From Alloascoidea hylecoeti (Eukaryota), in contig BCKZ01000005.1 in assembly GCA_001600815.1 (NCBI GenBank), positions 557,727-621,726 on the forward strand: 64,000 bases of DNA, in the 5' to 3' direction. Under the pieces are notes generated by a model, which had not been told where the DNA came from, searched no databases, and worked only from the letters and a program-made list of their open reading frames with translations. Both the position numbers and the translations under genes were made by a program. Below, in pieces: positions 58,909 through 64,000 of this stretch (the first letter of the stretch is position 1; each line of letters opens with the position of its first letter).

Positions 58909-60735
58909 TTAGGTGTAGTGGTCCGAAGATTGTAATATTTCTTCAACAATGTAAACATAAAGACCATTTTTATTATCATTACGTGCGTTACCATCTAGCC
59001 AAGAACCTTTGAGTTTTTCAGTACCCGATATACACAATTTTTCCATCTGCGCTGATCCTCCAATAAAGAAGTGTTTATAGCCTTCTACTTCAGCAACACA
59101 ATTGTGCCAAGGTGTAGGTATATGAAGAAGATCACCAGTTTGGGGTGCTTGTCCTCCCTCGATTTCTGAAAATGGTCTGCATTGTTTGGGTGATAGTAGT
59201 TGGATTCCAAATTTTGGTCCCAAGTTGTTGTGACTAAATTAAACAAAAGTTAGTTCAGTATTATGTCTCCAAAGAGCTATATTTGAATATCCCAAAATTG
59301 CATACCAATGGATACTCAATCTAACATGAGCAGGTAATAATATTTCAACCAAATTTGAATATGCCTCGTTTCTCTATCCAAACAGGAAATAGTAATAGAA
59401 ATGTTAATTGACATAAAGAGACCATGTTCTTAATTGTACTTTTACTTACTCTAATCATTTCAAAGCCAATATTAGCACTAAGACCTCTTTTTTTCTTAGC
59501 AGACAAGTTCTGGAAAATCGGATGACGTACAAGATCTTCAAACATAAATTTTGAAAACCCTCTATGTAAAGCTTGCTTGGGATTGCTACTATCTCTTATC
59601 TCTTTATTCAATAATGCAACATCAGTTTCACAGGATCTTAAAAGCATCTTACGAGACATTTCTGCCGATTCTGTTCTTTGCGGTGTAAGAAAATCTTCGA
59701 TTATGACTTTTGAAATAGTTCTCTCATCAAAGTGTATCTTTTGATTTACTGAAAAGAAGAGATCGGGAAGAGCAAAGAATGTAACAAAGTTTTTGAATTC
59801 ACCAAGTCTTTCTCCAAGAACTCTGAGTTGAAGAGCATATTCATCAACCTGAGTGTCATTAACGCCAACTATAAAAAAGAAGGAGAATTATTAAATGTTA
59901 TAATTAAGAACAACGTCTTTCTCAAAAAGGTACATCACTTACTCAAATCAGAAAATACATGTCCATCACTAACTATGACCATTTTCAAACCTGGTTTATA
60001 TATGGATCTTACTCTCAAAGCAAACTCTCTCAAATTTCCTAATGCTAACAATTCTCCTTGATCTGGGAGTGTTCCTCTTACCTTATTTTTATTTGAGCTT
60101 TTACAGGGAAAGGCTGGTAAACAACATTCAATTTGCAAATTTCTTGACACAAAAAAGTCGATTTTTTTCTCGAAGAATTCCCTCCCTCCTTCATTCCATT
60201 TATCATCTTTTGCAATATTACGCAACTCAGTTTCAAAAAGATCAGTGATCTCTTTAGTGGTAATCATGCTTTCACTGTTGATAATTGGACACTCTAAAAA
60301 CCACAATTTTGCGCTATTAAGAATTAGCGATATCATCCATTTATCAAATCTTTCTAGATACCCCGTGGTAATTATGCCGCGATGTTGGTCTTCACCACTT
60401 AATTGGATCTCGTGAAAGGTTAACTTTATGGAACTAGGCTTAATTGCTTTATTTGGGAGAACCCGACAAAATTCCGTGTACAATTCTTGCTTGATGGTAA
60501 TGGACTCAGTTTTGGGATCCGGAAAATCTTCATCTGAAACTTGTAAATCTGGAGAGTTTAACATAGAAACCTCTTGATAAAAATAATCCCATTCTTCTCT
60601 CAAAACTCTAGCTCCTCTACCGCTTGCAAAAGATAGATTTTTATCACGGCGCGTATATAACACATGGACTTTTGAGTGCGTGGAATTTGCAGTCGCATTG
60701 TCAATAACTCTCATTCTTAACTGAGAACGATTCAT
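58909..60735 (-). CDS. DIT1: Dityrosine/pyoverdine-biosynthesis (isocyanide synthase, PvcA/Dit1 family) protein, 534 aa; exons 60735-59943, 59868-59450, 59373-59306, 59233-58909
   Basis: Three GT-AG introns of 74, 76 and 72 nt join the three ORF-track pieces into one 1605-nt frame. It contains LPAFPCKSSN, PDQGE, VSDGHVFSD, RNEAYS, VRLSIH, GPKFGI and LLHIPTPWHN. Confidence 0.92.
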
Positions 60736-61500
60736 AGCTATATTTTAGTGATTTTATTTTGTTTGGGTTCGTGTACTTGGGAAAAATGAAGGAAAAGAGG
60801 ATAGCACACATAAATTTTTAGTTTATAACTTTAAACTTTTAAAATAACCTGCACAGTGCATGAGAGGAATAAGTTAATGCTAAACTACACATAAATACAT
60901 ATCAAAATTTATAACCCTTAGACCTGTTTATAACAATGAATCCTAATATATAATCTATTGCTGACGATATTCAAAATGTCGGATACATATTTATAATCGC
61001 ACTTTTTTTAATATAGAAGGAAACATGACATAAAGAATTGAAGTAGCAGGTATAGCAATTAATAATTAATATTTCAACAAAAATAAATAATATAACAATT
61101 GCAAAGAATTATATATCAAAAATATAGAATACACAATAATCAAAATTGTAGAATATAGGTCACACAAATCATCTTTTTCTATATAAAGCTTTATACCCAA
61201 CACAATATCATATCTATAGATTTTATGCAAAAGGATTTTGGAAAATCAACTCAAAAGATGATTATAAATTTCCAATTCAACAGGAATCTCCATGTTTTTA
61301 CAGATAACGTATTTAATTTATCTTTCATTGCTAGATCATTATTCAACTACTAACTTTCTACAACAACATATGCATAAATAATATATATCTATAAATATAT
61401 TCCCATTAAATCTAACTTTGGTTATAACTGTTAAAACACAAGATTTAAATAATGGCGCCAGTATATAGAAGTGATTTAGATCTATAGCTATACGTACCAG

Positions 61501-61570
61501 CTTTTTGTATTTTGCATTTTGTATTTTGCATTTTGTATTTTACGTTTTAATTTTGTGTTTGTGTTTGTAA
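61501..61570. repeat. Short 7-bp-period tandem repeat (TTTTGYA)
   Basis: TTTTGTA and TTTTGCA units alternate about 5 times, then degenerate. Confidence 0.7.
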
Positions 61571-62703
61571 AGTTATGCTAATAAAATGGTGCGATAACAG
61601 TATAACTTATTTTTCTATTTCTTCTGTTTATCCTTTTCGGTGAAAGATTCAACTAAGAGGACAGGGGATCTGTAACATTTGGGATCCAATCAGTATTCGC
61701 TTGTAGATATTGTACTGAAGCGTGACACCCACAATATTTGTGATTCAGGTTAGATAGAAAAAGTTATTATTTCCCCAAATCCATTCAGGTCGTTTATATT
61801 CAAGAACATTCGTCTGTCCCAGAAATATTTCTCTCAATAATCCTGAAGATCAAACCATTTAGACGAACATACTTCAACGTTTTTATTCAACGTTTTAATT
61901 GATTTGAAGAAAGAAACATTATTATTCAGTTTTAACATCAAATAATAGAGAATTTGATAGTTGATACCTTGATGATTAGTTTAATATCAAATATGTTACA
62001 AATAAAACCCAAATCTACAATAAATTTAAAGTATTTGGAATCCTTTCTTCTTTCAGCACCGATAATTTGAGAAACTCGCCCTTACGAGGTTGTTCTGAAG
62101 TTCAGGTTATAGCCCATACCCTGTTTTCTAGTTAATTATATTATCTATAGCTATTATTTTAAATATCAATTAATATTTTATATACACGATAAGCTGAGTT
62201 AAAAAAGGATTATAGAAAACGTAAAGAGTGAAGGAAGTGGCCGGCTATTTAGTTCAAAAGGGAGCCAAATATTAGTTACCAACATTGCCAACATTGCCGC
62301 ATCAAGTGACCGAACTTAAGTGTATAATAGCGTTTCCGTAAAAATTGAAGCTTATAAGGTTACATGTGTGGTACAGATTAAGGGACAATAATTGATTTCT
62401 TTAATGGATATTACTTTTTAAAATCTGTATTATTAGTTTTAACTCTTTAAAATATATAAATGTAATGTAAAAGAAAGAAGAAAAAAAAAAGAGAGGTTAT
62501 AATTATATTATAATTAAAATGGAATGGGAATGAGCCAAGCTATTCAATTAAATTTCCAATTCCAAGTTGACTTAACATTCAAGAGAAAAGCAACAAAAAT
62601 AACAAAATAACATGAAATAAAAATAAATAGAGGGATGATAAATAACATATAAAAAAAACCTCCTATCAACACCGCCAGATCTAGAATTAGAGTTTTATAA
62701 AGA

Positions 62704-63476
62704 CTACCAGAATTTACTGGCAATTGTTAATAAGATTAAGATAATCAAGACAGCAATGATTGCATACGTAATTAATTTATTAGTTGCCATTCTTCTTGTC
62801 ATTGATTTTAAAGTCCTAATACTTTTATCTACATAACCATCAGCTTCCAATAATGTATTTCTTGAATTGACAATTTGTTCTCTTTGCCCTCTTAAATCTG
62901 TTAGAATACTAGCACCAATATTTTCTGTTTCATTTGCAATTCGCTGTGATTCTTTTAATCTTTGTGATGAACGTTCTAAGGAATCATTTCCTTGAAGTAA
63001 TTGTTGTCTTTGAGACAATGCAATATCATCATTTACACTTCTTCCACCAAATAATTGACGGCGGTCTTCATTTTCTACAACCTCTTTAAGTTGTCGTTTA
63101 GATTTATCAATATCTGCTTTGTATGAACGGAGTTTAGTATTGAAGGAACCACGGGAAGATGAAGATATGTTTTGAACTTCTAATGACATTTGATCAATCT
63201 AAATAATAATTTATTAGAACATAAATCCCAAAAATTAAATTCAATAAATTCCTTACAATTTCATAAGCCTCATCAATAGCACGTTCAATAGAACGAATTG
63301 TTGCTTTCCTTGGATCTAATAGAGAATTAGTTGGACGGCATTTGACACAAAAACACAAAAACCCAAGACTTACCTCCTTCCAGCGTGCTCAACTGGAGGA
63401 ACTTTTGGGTAACTTCGGTATAAGCCAACTGATAGTCTGCCTCATAGTTATTGAACAGTTCAGTAGCAGATTCCAT
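62704..63476 (-). CDS. VTI1: Qb-SNARE Vti1; exons 63476-63374, 63315-63257, 63198-62704
   Basis: Two 58-nt GT-AG introns. ELFNNYEADY, QRQQLL, RIANETENIGASILTDLRGQREQI, YVDKSIRTLKSMTRR, and a C-terminal TM anchor. Confidence 0.93.
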
Positions 63477-63637
63477 GATTTTTATATACGTGTGTGAGAT
63501 TTAAAGAGGTTTATAGGAAAGTGAAACTGATTGTTGCCACAATATTCGGTTACCCGGACCTTTTATGCTTATAGAGACACATTTTATTTCATTTTTATTT
63601 TAAATTTATTCAAATTGTTGGTTTTGGAACGGAAAAA

Positions 63638-64000
63638 ATGTTCAAACAGTCCCTGTTTTATGCTGGGAAAAGGGCTTCCATGGCTTTAAGGGTTAACAAG
63701 AGTACAATCAACCCACTGTTATTTCAATATAATACAAATTTCAGGATACCAAATTATAGGCTTTTTTCGTCAAGTGCAGTTATGAATCATGGCCATTTAA
63801 AGAAACCAAAACCTGGTGAAGAGTATGTTAAAACCATAATATCTTTATGTGTGGTTTTAAGAGTGGAAATCTGACAATTTCATTAATATTAGACTGCATA
63901 TCACATTTATAACTAAAGATGCTGAACAATTTACATTTGAAGTCGCTGAAGGTGATAATCTGCTAGATATAGCACAGGCAAATGATCTTGATATGGAAGG
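63638..64000 (+). CDS. YAH1: Mitochondrial 2Fe-2S ferredoxin (partial, runs off the window); intron 63823-63892
   Basis: Presequence, then HGHLKKPKPGEE|LHITFITKD..FEVAEGDNLLDIAQANDLDMEG after a GTATGT...TAG intron. Divergent from VTI1 across 161 bp. Confidence 0.93.

Noticed and set aside
61620..62130. Possible DIT2/P450 relic upstream of DIT1
   Set aside because: No FxxGxxxCxG, ExxR or PERW motifs were seen in the frames I read.
1..64000. CRISPR arrays, rRNA, prokaryotic operons, alternative CUG code
   Set aside because: Eukaryotic intron-containing genes throughout, no regularly spaced repeats, and CTG occupies conserved Leu positions (YAH1 ELHITF and DNLLD; VTI1 ELF).

Overview
AT-rich, gene-dense eukaryotic DNA from a budding yeast (Saccharomycotina). 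Introns are frequent and short (GTAAGT/GTATGT donors, CTAAC-type branch points near the 3' AG), and CTG sits at conserved Leu positions in YAH1 and VTI1. Together these point to a standard-code, probably early-diverging lineage (inference). About 24 protein-coding genes can be supported, several needing splicing that the ORF track misses: class-3 lipase, EamA/DMT transporter, Fta4/Nkp1-like kinetochore protein, divergent RPP2-RPS15 pair, type-B carboxylesterase, ILV2, APS2, CDC8, a PH-domain protein, a UapA/C-type purine permease, a YJR056C-like protein, SUR7, a PTK1/2 kinase, a divergent Ubc6-like E2, an SLC35F transporter, a MARVEL protein, a divergent Cyc8-like TPR protein, VPS62, a 4-exon DIT1, VTI1 and the start of YAH1. 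The intergenic DNA holds features not in the ORF track: two Tc1/mariner transposase relics; decayed fragments of an IRE1 luminal domain, a DBP4-like DEAD-box helicase and an F-box protein; a ~400-bp degenerate palindrome; and a miniature LTR-retroelement-like unit with a tRNA-iMet primer site, a polypurine tract and a 26-bp inverted repeat. RPP2 has an intron inside its start codon. All 10 ambiguous bases fall within 1.9 kb. No tRNA, rRNA or CRISPR array was found. Family calls come from motif recognition by eye, not database searches.
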